A stretch of 64,000 nt of DNA from an uncultured Gemmatimonadales bacterium (lineage in GTDB: Bacteria > Gemmatimonadota > Gemmatimonadetes > Gemmatimonadales > GWC2-71-9): positions 448,001 through 512,000 of the forward strand of contig CAVSLV010000004.1 in assembly GCA_963728915.1 (NCBI GenBank), written 5' to 3'. Of this stretch, positions 50,132 through 58,985 are shown in pieces; position 1 is the stretch's first letter; the number at the start of each line of letters is the position of its first letter. The notes beneath the pieces were generated by a model. That model worked only from the letters and a program-made list of their open reading frames with translations. It had not been told where the DNA came from and did not search any database. Made by a program: the position numbers and the translations under genes.

Positions 50132-52624
50132 CTAGAACCAGGTCCGGACGCCGAAGGAGATGGTGCGCCCCGGCAGCACCGTCACGTTGTCCGGCTCGCC
50201 GGTCTGATAGTTGAGCAGATTGTCTCCCGATACCGTCAGCCCGAGGGTGTGGGTCAGGGTGACCGCGACGCTGGCGCGGAGCCGGGTGACTCCCGGGTAC
50301 TCCTTCCAGAACTCGCGCAGGTTCCAGCCGACGTAATCCTGGGTGGGCCGGTTGGTGGTCGCGAATGCCTCGGCCAGCGCGATCCGATCGTAGCTGATCC
50401 AATCGTAGGCGCGATACGCGGTGAGCGCCGCGTTCCATCGTGACGCCGTGTAGGACCCGATGATGCTCAGGGTCTGCGCCGGCACCTCGAGCATCCGATT
50501 CCCTGCCCGCAGATCGCCGGTGTAACCCTCCGCGACTTTCCTGACCCGGCTGTCGACCTGGGAATAGGCCCCGGTCAGGGCGAACCCGCCGGAGCGCAGG
50601 GAGCCCTGAAGCTCCCAGCCCCGATTGGTGATCTCTCCCACATTCTGAAGCTCGGATCCAAGCCGGCCGGTCGGCGGACCATCGGGTATGGGGCCGGTAT
50701 TCCGGGCGAGCAGCACCCGCTGAATGAGACCCGACGCGACCTGATCGAACCGGGTGATCTGGAACGTGGCCGCTCTGCCGATGACCAGGTCCATCCCGGC
50801 CTCGATCCCCGACTGCTCCTCCGGTTTCAGGGTCCGGCTGGCATCCTCCGAGAGAATTCCGTCCCACAGGGTCTGGCGAGCCGGGGCTTCCGGCCAGCGA
50901 ATGCCCTTGCCGTAGGCGCCGCGGAGCTTGACGCCGATTTCGCCATAGGTGTGGGTCCAGGCCAGCCCCGCCATGGGGAGGGTCGCCCAGCGTCCGGTCG
51001 AGGAGGCCCCTTCATCCCGTTCGAGCCGAATGCCGCCATTGAACTGGAGTCCACCGACCAGGGCGGCGTTGAGCTGGGTGGTGAAGCCGCTGTTTCCCCG
51101 CCATCGGGTGATCTCGTCGCCGTCGTTGTCATTCCCGGTTTCCGGAAGCACCTCGTACGGGCGAGCCCGCTGCCGGAGCAGGGATTGCTCCGCCGAAAAG
51201 GTCAGGTCGGCCACCCGGGTATCGGTGCCGAGCTTGAGGACGCTGCTCGCGCGGAAGGTGCCTCGGGTCGCGGAGCCCTGCGCGCTGGTCAGCGAGCCGA
51301 TGCCGTCGAGAGGAATCGGGGTGTGCGAGTCGGGAACCCCGCTCAGCGAGTAGCCATCCACTCCGGCGGTGAGGGTGTGCTGCCATCGCTCTCCCGAGAA
51401 TAGCTTGAGCGTGGCGCCTCCGGTGTACTCGGCGAGCGACTCCACCCCGGCGATAGGTTGAGCCGGAACGCTGCTGGTGTCGGACGCGCGCCAGGCGGCC
51501 AGGGTCCGGGTGATCACCGGACTCTCTCCGGTCCCGGCGCGCATGCCGAAAAAGCGGAGGGTGCCGGTGAGGATGCTGCTCTCGCCGACCCGGCGGCCCA
51601 CCGCGGTCGCGAGCAAGCGGCGCGAGGAGGCGTCCTGGAAGTAGGCCCCAGTCGCCCCGGCGTCCACGTCGAGGGAGGCGGATTGCAGATTCGACCCGGT
51701 GCGAATCCGGGCGGCGTAGGACTGATCGACGGCGGGTCGCTCGGCGAACTGGCTTCCCGCGAATCCAATCCCGGCATCGAAGCGGGCCCGCAAGGCGTTC
51801 TCGCCGGTGTCGAATCGGGAAATGATGTTGGCGACCCCGCTGATCGCATCCGCTCCGTACAGCGCGGCGCCCTGGGGACCGCGAATCAGCTCGATGCGAT
51901 CGATCGCGCTCGCCTGAATCCGGGTGAGCAAGAGGGGGTTCGCGAGCTGGATCCCGTCCAGGTAGACCTTGGGGTAACTCGCCTCGAACGAGCTGGCGCC
52001 GCGGATGCTGCCATACTGGGACAGGGCGTTCACCGGCGACTGCTCCCAGAGCCACATCCCCGGGACCTGCCCGTTCATCGCGGAGGAGAGCGTGGTGGCC
52101 TCGCGCTGCTCCAGGGCGTGTCCATCGAGCACATCGAGGGCGACCGGGAGGCCGCTCTGGCTGGCGCCGGACGGAGAGCCGGTCACCACGATCCTCTCGA
52201 GCTCCACCGGGGGCTGCTCCCGGGCCGCCACCGCGGGCGCCGGGGTCGGGGCCAGGACCACGTGATCGGACTCGAGGGGGATCAGGCGCACCGGCAGGCC
52301 CCCTAACACGCTGGTCAGGGCATCTCCCAGGGCCACGTCGTCGAAGCGGAGGCAGACCCGGCGATCGAGCGGCACCGCTTCGCCGCTGTAGGACAACCGG
52401 ATCCGCACCTGCGCGGCGATGCGATCCAGGGCCTCCCGCAGGGACACCTCGCGGGCCCGGAGCGACAAGGTCCGGGCGAGGGGGCCCGACCACTCCCGGC
52501 CCGACGCGGCGGCGGTGAGCTCGGTGCAGGGACGCGGGGTCGAGGCAAAAGCCAAGGCGCCTCGCCCTCCCGACAGCAGGGCAAGGGCGAGCGCCATCCG
52601 CACCGGCCGGATCCCGATTCTCAT
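50132..52624 (-). CDS. TonB-dependent receptor with N-terminal STN signalling domain
   Basis: STN-like segment, IVVTG, plug IDRIELIRGPQGAALYG, NVGEITNRGWE, C-terminal GRTISFGVRTWF. Confidence 0.9.
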   Translation of the reverse strand: MRIGIRPVRMALALALLSGGRGALAFASTPRPCTELTAAASGREWSGPLARTLSLRAREVSLREALDRIAAQVRIRLSYSGEAVPLDRRVCLRFDDVALGDALTSVLGGLPVRLIPLESDHVVLAPTPAPAVAAREQPPVELERIVVTGSPSGASQSGLPVALDVLDGHALEQREATTLSSAMNGQVPGMWLWEQSPVNALSQYGSIRGASSFEASYPKVYLDGIQLANPLLLTRIQASAIDRIELIRGPQGAALYGADAISGVANIISRFDTGENALRARFDAGIGFAGSQFAERPAVDQSYAARIRTGSNLQSASLDVDAGATGAYFQDASSRRLLATAVGRRVGESSILTGTLRFFGMRAGTGESPVITRTLAAWRASDTSSVPAQPIAGVESLAEYTGGATLKLFSGERWQHTLTAGVDGYSLSGVPDSHTPIPLDGIGSLTSAQGSATRGTFRASSVLKLGTDTRVADLTFSAEQSLLRQRARPYEVLPETGNDNDGDEITRWRGNSGFTTQLNAALVGGLQFNGGIRLERDEGASSTGRWATLPMAGLAWTHTYGEIGVKLRGAYGKGIRWPEAPARQTLWDGILSEDASRTLKPEEQSGIEAGMDLVIGRAATFQITRFDQVASGLIQRVLLARNTGPIPDGPPTGRLGSELQNVGEITNRGWELQGSLRSGGFALTGAYSQVDSRVRKVAEGYTGDLRAGNRMLEVPAQTLSIIGSYTASRWNAALTAYRAYDWISYDRIALAEAFATTNRPTQDYVGWNLREFWKEYPGVTRLRASVAVTLTHTLGLTVSGDNLLNYQTGEPDNVTVLPGRTISFGVRTWF

Positions 52625-53626
52625 CTATTTAGGGGGATGCCGTGACGGGGCGCCGAGTCGCACCACGGCCGTGTCTCCTTTGCGATCGATCGACGCGCCC
52701 AGAGCCAGCTGAAGCACTTCGAGGACCTGATCTTTGGATTCCCGGGTAAACCGGGCCGAAACATGCCGATTGGCGAGGCTGGAATCGGCCAGCACCAGCT
52801 CGAGGCCGAACCAGCGGCGCAGATCCTCGCGGACCCGGCTCATCGGGGCGTTATCGAAGATGAGCTGCCCATGCAGCCACGCGAGATCGGCCTCGTTGCG
52901 CTGCCCGGGAACCGGCGTCGCGTCCCGGGCGCCCAGGGTGCCGACCTCCCCCGCCTTGAGGGTGAGCGCCCGGGCGGCCCGGCGCACCGTGTCCTGAAGA
53001 ACGACCGACCCCGACTCCACCATGACCCGCACCTCCTCGTTCCCCGCGTGCACCATGAACCTGGTGCCGAGGTCGACGATCTCCGCGCCCCCGGCTCGCA
53101 CCAGAAAACGATGGGCGGGGTCATGGGGCACGTCGAACAGAGCCTGGCCCTCGATGGAGACGGTGCGATCGGGTGCGCCATAACCCGCCGGGACTTCCAG
53201 CCGGCTGGCCGGCCCGAGCACCGCGGTGGCGCCGTCGGCGAGACGAATCGAATCGGTTTGCCCGACGCCGGTGAGGTAGGTGAGGGAGGGGGGTAGGGGG
53301 GAAGGACGGAGCAGGCGCCAGAGGAAGGCGGCACCGACGATCAGGGCCAGGGCCGCGGCCAGTCCGATCCAGGGAGCGGTTCGCCGCCGGGCGGGGAATC
53401 CGATGACCCGGGCTTCCCCGAAGCGGCTCTTCACCTGGCGAAGGGCGGCCTCCACGTCGACCGGATCATCGGCTGGACCCACTTGCCCGATGGTTTCCAG
53501 GAAGGGTCCCAGGGCGGGATCCTGCTCGGTCCACGCCCGCACCTGGTCGCGCTCGGCGGCCGACGCCTCCCCCGCGAGGTGACGGCCCAGAATGATCCAG
53601 TCGGTTTCGGCGGTTGGCCCCCTCAT
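52625..53626 (-). CDS. FecR-family anti-sigma factor
   Basis: Single TM, IRLADGA.AVLGPASRL, GQALFDV.HD, DLGTRF, AWLHGQLIF. Confidence 0.9.
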   Translation of the reverse strand: MRGPTAETDWIILGRHLAGEASAAERDQVRAWTEQDPALGPFLETIGQVGPADDPVDVEAALRQVKSRFGEARVIGFPARRRTAPWIGLAAALALIVGAAFLWRLLRPSPLPPSLTYLTGVGQTDSIRLADGATAVLGPASRLEVPAGYGAPDRTVSIEGQALFDVPHDPAHRFLVRAGGAEIVDLGTRFMVHAGNEEVRVMVESGSVVLQDTVRRAARALTLKAGEVGTLGARDATPVPGQRNEADLAWLHGQLIFDNAPMSRVREDLRRWFGLELVLADSSLANRHVSARFTRESKDQVLEVLQLALGASIDRKGDTAVVRLGAPSRHPPK

Positions 53627-53703
53627 GCGCAGATGACACCCCTCCCGGGTACCACCCTATATTCGAGCGACCCCCAACCCAAGCCCTGCCAAGAGCCTCC
53701 CCG

Positions 53704-54249
53704 GTGACCGACCAGGAAAACTTCGAGCGACTTCGCCAGGGAGACGAGCGTGGATTCGACGAGATTTTCCGGGCTCATTATACGGGTCTGGTCGGGTTTG
53801 CCCAATCGATTCTCAAGGACCGTGCCGACGCCGAGGACACCGCCCAGGAAGTGCTGCTGGAGCTCTGGCGCCGTCGATCGAATATAGTCCTCGAGACTTC
53901 CCTCCGGGCCTACCTCTTCCAGTCGACCCGGAACCGCGCCCTCAACCGGATTCGCCACCAGCGAGTGGTGGACCGGCTCGATCCCGAAGTCGCCAAGCCG
54001 AGCTCCGTTCCCCGACCCGATCGTGCCCTGGCGGAGCGGGAGATGAGCGTGGTGATCCGGCAGGCCCTGGAGGACCTGCCCGATCGCTGCCGGGAGGTCT
54101 TCCGGCTCTCCCGCGATCGCGGGCTCAAGTACGCGGAGATTGCGACCGCGCTCGGTATCTCGATCAAGACGGTGGAAGCCCAGATGGGCAAGGCGCTCCG
54201 GGTCTTGCGGGAGCGGCTGGCGCCCTGGCTTCCGGACGGCGATTCCTAG
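53704..54249 (+). CDS. ECF RNA polymerase sigma-70 factor
   Basis: DAEDTAQEV..LW, RAYLF..TRNRALN, LPDRCREVF..GLKYAEIA..ISIKTVE. Confidence 0.93.
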   Translation: MTDQENFERLRQGDERGFDEIFRAHYTGLVGFAQSILKDRADAEDTAQEVLLELWRRRSNIVLETSLRAYLFQSTRNRALNRIRHQRVVDRLDPEVAKPSSVPRPDRALAEREMSVVIRQALEDLPDRCREVFRLSRDRGLKYAEIATALGISIKTVEAQMGKALRVLRERLAPWLPDGDS

Positions 54250-54344
54250 GGGTAACCGGACGGCTTCGTGTCTTCAGCCTAACGCCGGTCGCGATTCTGC
54301 GTCTTCGAATCGCCAGCAAACGTCACCACTGGGAGACACGCCGT

Positions 54345-55265
54345 ATGCGCACGAAACGACTGCTCGTGGCCGCCTTGCTTCCGATGGCGGCAGCCTGTTC
54401 CACGCTGACCACCGATACCACCAATACCGCCGATCTCCTCGCCGCCTTTCAGACGGCGCCTTTCGGGATGAGCGACGTGTCCAGCACCTTCGCGACCAGC
54501 TCGGACCAGGAAGGCACTCCCTGGGCGCCGCCGGGACGGCCGGGGCATGAGTTCGATCACCGCGGCCCCCCGGGTGGTCCCATGGGATTCATGATGGGCG
54601 GCCTGGGAGGGGGATTCCTGGGCGGCCTTTTCGGGCCTCACTTCGGAAACCGTCCGGTGAGCGAGGATGGCGACGGGGGCAACTGCGCCTTCAACAGCGG
54701 GACCGGACGGGTGGAATGCGATCCGGTCACCCGGGGCGGATTGACGATCGTTCGCTCGGCGCAGTACCAGGATGCGAGCGGAACGGTCCAGAGCGCCTTC
54801 GACGCCCAGACCACCAATGCCATTACTACGCAGATTGCGGTCACCGGGACGATTACCCGGCGCGACAACGCCAGCAGCGAAGTGGACGATCAGAGCGACC
54901 GGACCGTGACCGGACTGGCGCCGGGCAGTACCCAGCGCACCGTCAACGGCGCCTCCCGCGGGCACGAGGTCACCACCGGGACCGACCGAACCGGAGATTT
55001 CGTCGCCGATCGAACCGCGGATGACGCGGTCGAGAACGTGGTGATCCCGGTGGGAACCGACGGCCGGCCCGGGTTCCCCAGCTCCGGGACGATCACCCGG
55101 TCCATGACGGTCACGGTGACCTACACCGGCGCGGCGCCGGAGACGGTGACCCGAAGCGAGATGATCACCTTCACCGGAAGCAACTCCGCGACGATCACCA
55201 TCACCCACAACGGCGAAACCAGGACCTGCACCCTCTCGCCGGACGCGCGGCCGAGCTGCTCCTAG
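54345..55265 (+). CDS. Hypothetical lipoprotein (Thr-rich beta protein)
   Basis: Lipobox AAAC, RBS GGAG, Gly/Pro-rich insert, two Cys pairs. Confidence 0.7.
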   Translation: MRTKRLLVAALLPMAAACSTLTTDTTNTADLLAAFQTAPFGMSDVSSTFATSSDQEGTPWAPPGRPGHEFDHRGPPGGPMGFMMGGLGGGFLGGLFGPHFGNRPVSEDGDGGNCAFNSGTGRVECDPVTRGGLTIVRSAQYQDASGTVQSAFDAQTTNAITTQIAVTGTITRRDNASSEVDDQSDRTVTGLAPGSTQRTVNGASRGHEVTTGTDRTGDFVADRTADDAVENVVIPVGTDGRPGFPSSGTITRSMTVTVTYTGAAPETVTRSEMITFTGSNSATITITHNGETRTCTLSPDARPSCS

Positions 55266-57589
55266 ACCCGTCTCCAGAACGGTTGCATCGGGACGAAGGC
55301 CTCCTCCCACATCTCCTCCAGGAGATGGGGGAGAAGGCCTTCACCGTTTCCCGGCGGGAGGATCGCGAGGGCGAACTCCAGGGTGTGCAGTCCCGGTTCC
55401 TGTGCTTCGGGCGTGGAAATCGGCCAGGCGGCATGACCGGGCCGTTCGGGGAGCTCACCTTTCGACAGCTCACCGACCGCCCGGAACGCGGTGATCAGCA
55501 GGTCGCCCCCGCGAGTCCATTCGTACTCGAAAAAGCCCGGCGCCAGCACCACGAGCGTAGCCTTCTTCCCCGACGCCGAGACGTAACGCTGGGCCGGCCG
55601 GGTCGGAGTCGAGCGCTCCACCACGACCGGCTCCACCGCAACGGGAGGAGCCACTTCATCGAGACCTGCGGTTGATCCGGCCCGGAGGTGACCGGGACCC
55701 ACTGCGAATCGAAGCCGGAGACGGTGGTTGCAGGCTCGCTGGTCGAGCTCGAGTCGAAGCCGCACCAGGGGTGAGTCCCGATCAATGACGACGAGCGATC
55801 GCGCGGCGACGCCCCCGCTTCGGAACCGCGCGGTCCAGCGGGTCTCCACCGCCCCCAGCAACGGACCCCGGGCGAGGACCGCCTGGGCAAGCGGCGCCAC
55901 GCTCCCCGGTTCCGGTTCCCCTTCGCCGGAAAAGGTGTAGAGGTCGCCCTGATCCGCCTGATCCACCAGCCGAAGCAATCCCGGCAGGGAAACGCCGCTG
56001 GCGGCATCCGTCAGGGTGAGCGTTCCGGCCGGGGCGCACTGAACCGTCACACTCCGGTTCTCGAGGGTGGCCGGTTCGATGGCCAGGGCCGGCCCCACCG
56101 GCTTCGCGTTCGAGGGGGTCGGTTCGAGCCGAAGAAGGCCTAACCCGGGAATGACGGGCGCTTCGAACGCCACCCAGGCCTGGTCCACCTCATCGTGGTC
56201 CGGATAGCGGCGCGGGTCGTCGCGCCGCTCCGAGCCGGGCCGGACCGTCAGCATCTGGAGCGGGATCCTTCGGCCCGCGGGGGTTGCCAGCGCCACCGGC
56301 CGGAACCCCGGACCGGCGCGGCCGCGGACGGGCGAAGGCCCGACCGGAACGTCCCGGCGGAAGAAGCTGAGTCGAGCGGTCACGATGCCGGTCCGGGGGC
56401 GGGTCGCCGGATTCCAGAGGGCGAGGTCGCCGGGCGCCTCCGCTTCGCCGAGCAGGGTGTCGACCGCGGCCCGGGCCAGGAGACGGCTCTCGCGATCGAC
56501 GGCGGCCAGCCGGAGCGCCTGCTCCCGCTGGGCCTCGTCACAGGTGGTCCCCGCGAGCGTGTCGTGGAACTGGCACTGGAGCAGGGTGCGCCAGGCATGG
56601 GAGAGAACCGGCTCCTGATCGATCCCGCCGTGCTCCCTGGCCAGACGGTCGAGCGGTTCGGCGAATCGGGTCAGGCGGAGCTCTGCCTCGCCATGGCGGC
56701 GCTTCAGGCGGGAACGCGACGAGTGCACATCCTGGAGGTCCCAGGTGAGGCCCTGACTCGACCGGAGCGCGCCCCGGAGCAGGGGCGGGTGGGCCAGCTC
56801 CGGCTCGACCGCGTCGAAGTACTCCCCTAACCCGCTGACCCGGACCTGGTGGCCCGGCTCCAGGGCGCGGAGCCGGCGGGCCAGTCCGGCAAGGCCGGGG
56901 ACCATGGGGTGGTGATCGGCGCCCAGAAAGACCGCGAGGTGGGAGGTCGAGGCGCGGTCGGTCAGCTCCTGGCGGATCCGCCGCCAGACGCGGCCGAGGT
57001 CGGCCCCGGTGCCGGCAAGGTCGATGGCGAAGTCATAACCCGCCGGCGGCAGGTGGTGCACCAGGAGGCTCTCACCGCCCGGCGATTCCCAGCGGTAGAA
57101 ATCCCCGGGCCGACCGAGGCCGCGCCGAATCACCGCGCGTCGAATCCCGAATTCGGCGGCGATCGCGGGAAGTGCCGCGGGATGGCCGAAGGCATCGGGG
57201 CTGTACAGCACGTCGAGGCATCGACCGAACCGTTCGGCCTGGCGGCGGCCCTCGACGAGGTTCCGCCGGATCGCCTGCGCCGAGGGGATCTGGAGGTCCG
57301 CCAGGACGTACCAGGGCCCGATCTCGAGGGCTCCGCGCCCGACCTGGGTCCGGATCCGCGCCTCCTGCTCGGGCCGGAGGGCGAGATAGTCCTCCAGCAG
57401 AATGGTCTGCCCATCGAGGAGAAACCGGGCGTCGGGGTCCGCCTCCAGCTGCTCGAGGACCCGGTCGAGGACCGGAACCAGACGAGCCTGAAACGCATCC
57501 CGGGGCAGGTACCACTCCCGATCCCAGTGGGTATGGGGGATAAGATGGAAGGTAAAGGCGGACCGGCGGACCGGCGGACCGGCGGACAG
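55262..57589 (-). CDS. Glycoside hydrolase family 38 (alpha-mannosidase-like)
   Basis: Frame is open upstream of the listed ORF start: FHLIPHTHWDREWY, FLLDGQT, IGPWYVLAD, PDAFGH, QFHDTLAGT; no ATG/GTG/TTG before the domain, CTG 57589 proposed. Confidence 0.82.
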   Translation of the reverse strand: MSAGPPVRRSAFTFHLIPHTHWDREWYLPRDAFQARLVPVLDRVLEQLEADPDARFLLDGQTILLEDYLALRPEQEARIRTQVGRGALEIGPWYVLADLQIPSAQAIRRNLVEGRRQAERFGRCLDVLYSPDAFGHPAALPAIAAEFGIRRAVIRRGLGRPGDFYRWESPGGESLLVHHLPPAGYDFAIDLAGTGADLGRVWRRIRQELTDRASTSHLAVFLGADHHPMVPGLAGLARRLRALEPGHQVRVSGLGEYFDAVEPELAHPPLLRGALRSSQGLTWDLQDVHSSRSRLKRRHGEAELRLTRFAEPLDRLAREHGGIDQEPVLSHAWRTLLQCQFHDTLAGTTCDEAQREQALRLAAVDRESRLLARAAVDTLLGEAEAPGDLALWNPATRPRTGIVTARLSFFRRDVPVGPSPVRGRAGPGFRPVALATPAGRRIPLQMLTVRPGSERRDDPRRYPDHDEVDQAWVAFEAPVIPGLGLLRLEPTPSNAKPVGPALAIEPATLENRSVTVQCAPAGTLTLTDAASGVSLPGLLRLVDQADQGDLYTFSGEGEPEPGSVAPLAQAVLARGPLLGAVETRWTARFRSGGVAARSLVVIDRDSPLVRLRLELDQRACNHRLRLRFAVGPGHLRAGSTAGLDEVAPPVAVEPVVVERSTPTRPAQRYVSASGKKATLVVLAPGFFEYEWTRGGDLLITAFRAVGELSKGELPERPGHAAWPISTPEAQEPGLHTLEFALAILPPGNGEGLLPHLLEEMWEEAFVPMQPFWRRV
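57557..57588. repeat. Tandem 8-mer GGCGGACC x4
   Basis: GGCGGACC GGCGGACC GGCGGACC GGCGGACA at the 5' end of the GH38 gene. Confidence 0.85.
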
Positions 57590-57602
57590 GGTGGGCAGGG
57601 GC

Positions 57603-58985
57603 TTATTCCGCGATGATGGAGAGCTTGCCGCGGTCCTCGGGGCGGAGGGCGGCGGGGCGCCCTAACACGCTCTGGACGAAATCGTTCCACCAGTCCCCGG
57701 CGGGCTCCGGCACACGATAGGGGTTCAGGGTCGGCCAGGTGCGCTCGTGGATCCGTTCGCCCGCCGCGATGGCCTGTTCCGGGTCGATGCCTTCGTGCCG
57801 CAGCCAGCGGCGGCCGATCTGGGCGTGGAGCACCTCGTCGGCCCAGTCGTAGTCGTGAAAGTGGGCCGACAGCGCGTCGCCGGCCTCGAGCGCGGTCCGG
57901 TATTCGAAGCGTTTGCCGGTTTCCCCCGGCATCAGGGATTGCTCGATCGCGAAAAGAATGGTCTGCCGCTCGAGCGGCGTCGCGTGAAGGTTGAGCCGGA
58001 GGGAGAATCCCAGGTTGAGGGGGATCCGGGTCCAGTCCACCCCGCGCGATTCGAACGCGACGCTCCCCATCATGGCATGGCGGGTCTCGTCCCACAGCTG
58101 GCGGGAAAAGTCGAGCAGGAATTCCCAGGGCTGCTCCGGGCGCTCCACCAGGATCGAGGCCATCATTTCGGGGACGTCCATCTCGAGGGTGCGCTTGGCG
58201 AGCAGCGCCAGGTTGCGCTCGTCGGCCGGCACCCGGGGATCGTTGTACAGCACGTGCGGCGGGAAATCGAATGCGTACTGACCCTGGAAGCGATCGTCGC
58301 GGCGGGGATGGAAATCAGCCGCGAACGGCACCACGGCGCGTGGCGCGGGAAGCTCGGGCGGGTCCTCCGCCTCCGGTCCCGCGATCCCGCCCGCCGCATC
58401 GAGATAGGCGCGCAGGTGCTCCTGCCACCGGGCGACCCGCTCCGCGGCTTCCCTTGACCCGCGGGTTAACGCCTCCAGGGCGGCCCGGCTCCAGGCGAGC
58501 GCCGCCTCGTGGTCCAGCAGGGCCGCCTGAAGCACCCGCCGGGTGGGCTGGTCCACCAGCGGGTTGCTCCGCGCCAGATGCGCCCGGTAGCAGGCGGCCA
58601 GGGCCTCGCGCACCAGGTGATAACTCCCCCCGAGCAGCTCGACCTGATCGTCGCTCCGGATCGCCTCGTCGAGTGCCCGTTCGAGCGCGGGATCCGGCGC
58701 TCGATCCAGGGGCGGGACCGGGTGGCGCATCTCCCCGATTCGTCTCCGGATCCCATCGGCGTGGAGCCCGTCCTGCCACTGGTGCAGCGCGTACCCGCAC
58801 TTGAGCTCCCACGCCGGTTCCGCGGTGAGGTGGGAGAGAAGATCCCGCATCAGCCATCGCTCGACCCACTGATAACGCAACAGACGGCGGACCGATTCAT
58901 CCACCGAGTACCCGATCCGGCTCGCCTCCTCGTAGGACGCGAGGCCGGCCAGCTCGGGGACGCCGAGCGACGGCGCGGCGCTCAT
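57603..58985 (-). CDS. Tandem ferritin-like domain protein (DUF455-like, putative di-iron)
   Basis: All-helical; C-terminal EMDVPE..WDETRH..IEQ..ADEVLH (E..ExxH..E..ExxH). Confidence 0.6.
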   Translation of the reverse strand: MSAAPSLGVPELAGLASYEEASRIGYSVDESVRRLLRYQWVERWLMRDLLSHLTAEPAWELKCGYALHQWQDGLHADGIRRRIGEMRHPVPPLDRAPDPALERALDEAIRSDDQVELLGGSYHLVREALAACYRAHLARSNPLVDQPTRRVLQAALLDHEAALAWSRAALEALTRGSREAAERVARWQEHLRAYLDAAGGIAGPEAEDPPELPAPRAVVPFAADFHPRRDDRFQGQYAFDFPPHVLYNDPRVPADERNLALLAKRTLEMDVPEMMASILVERPEQPWEFLLDFSRQLWDETRHAMMGSVAFESRGVDWTRIPLNLGFSLRLNLHATPLERQTILFAIEQSLMPGETGKRFEYRTALEAGDALSAHFHDYDWADEVLHAQIGRRWLRHEGIDPEQAIAAGERIHERTWPTLNPYRVPEPAGDWWNDFVQSVLGRPAALRPEDRGKLSIIAE

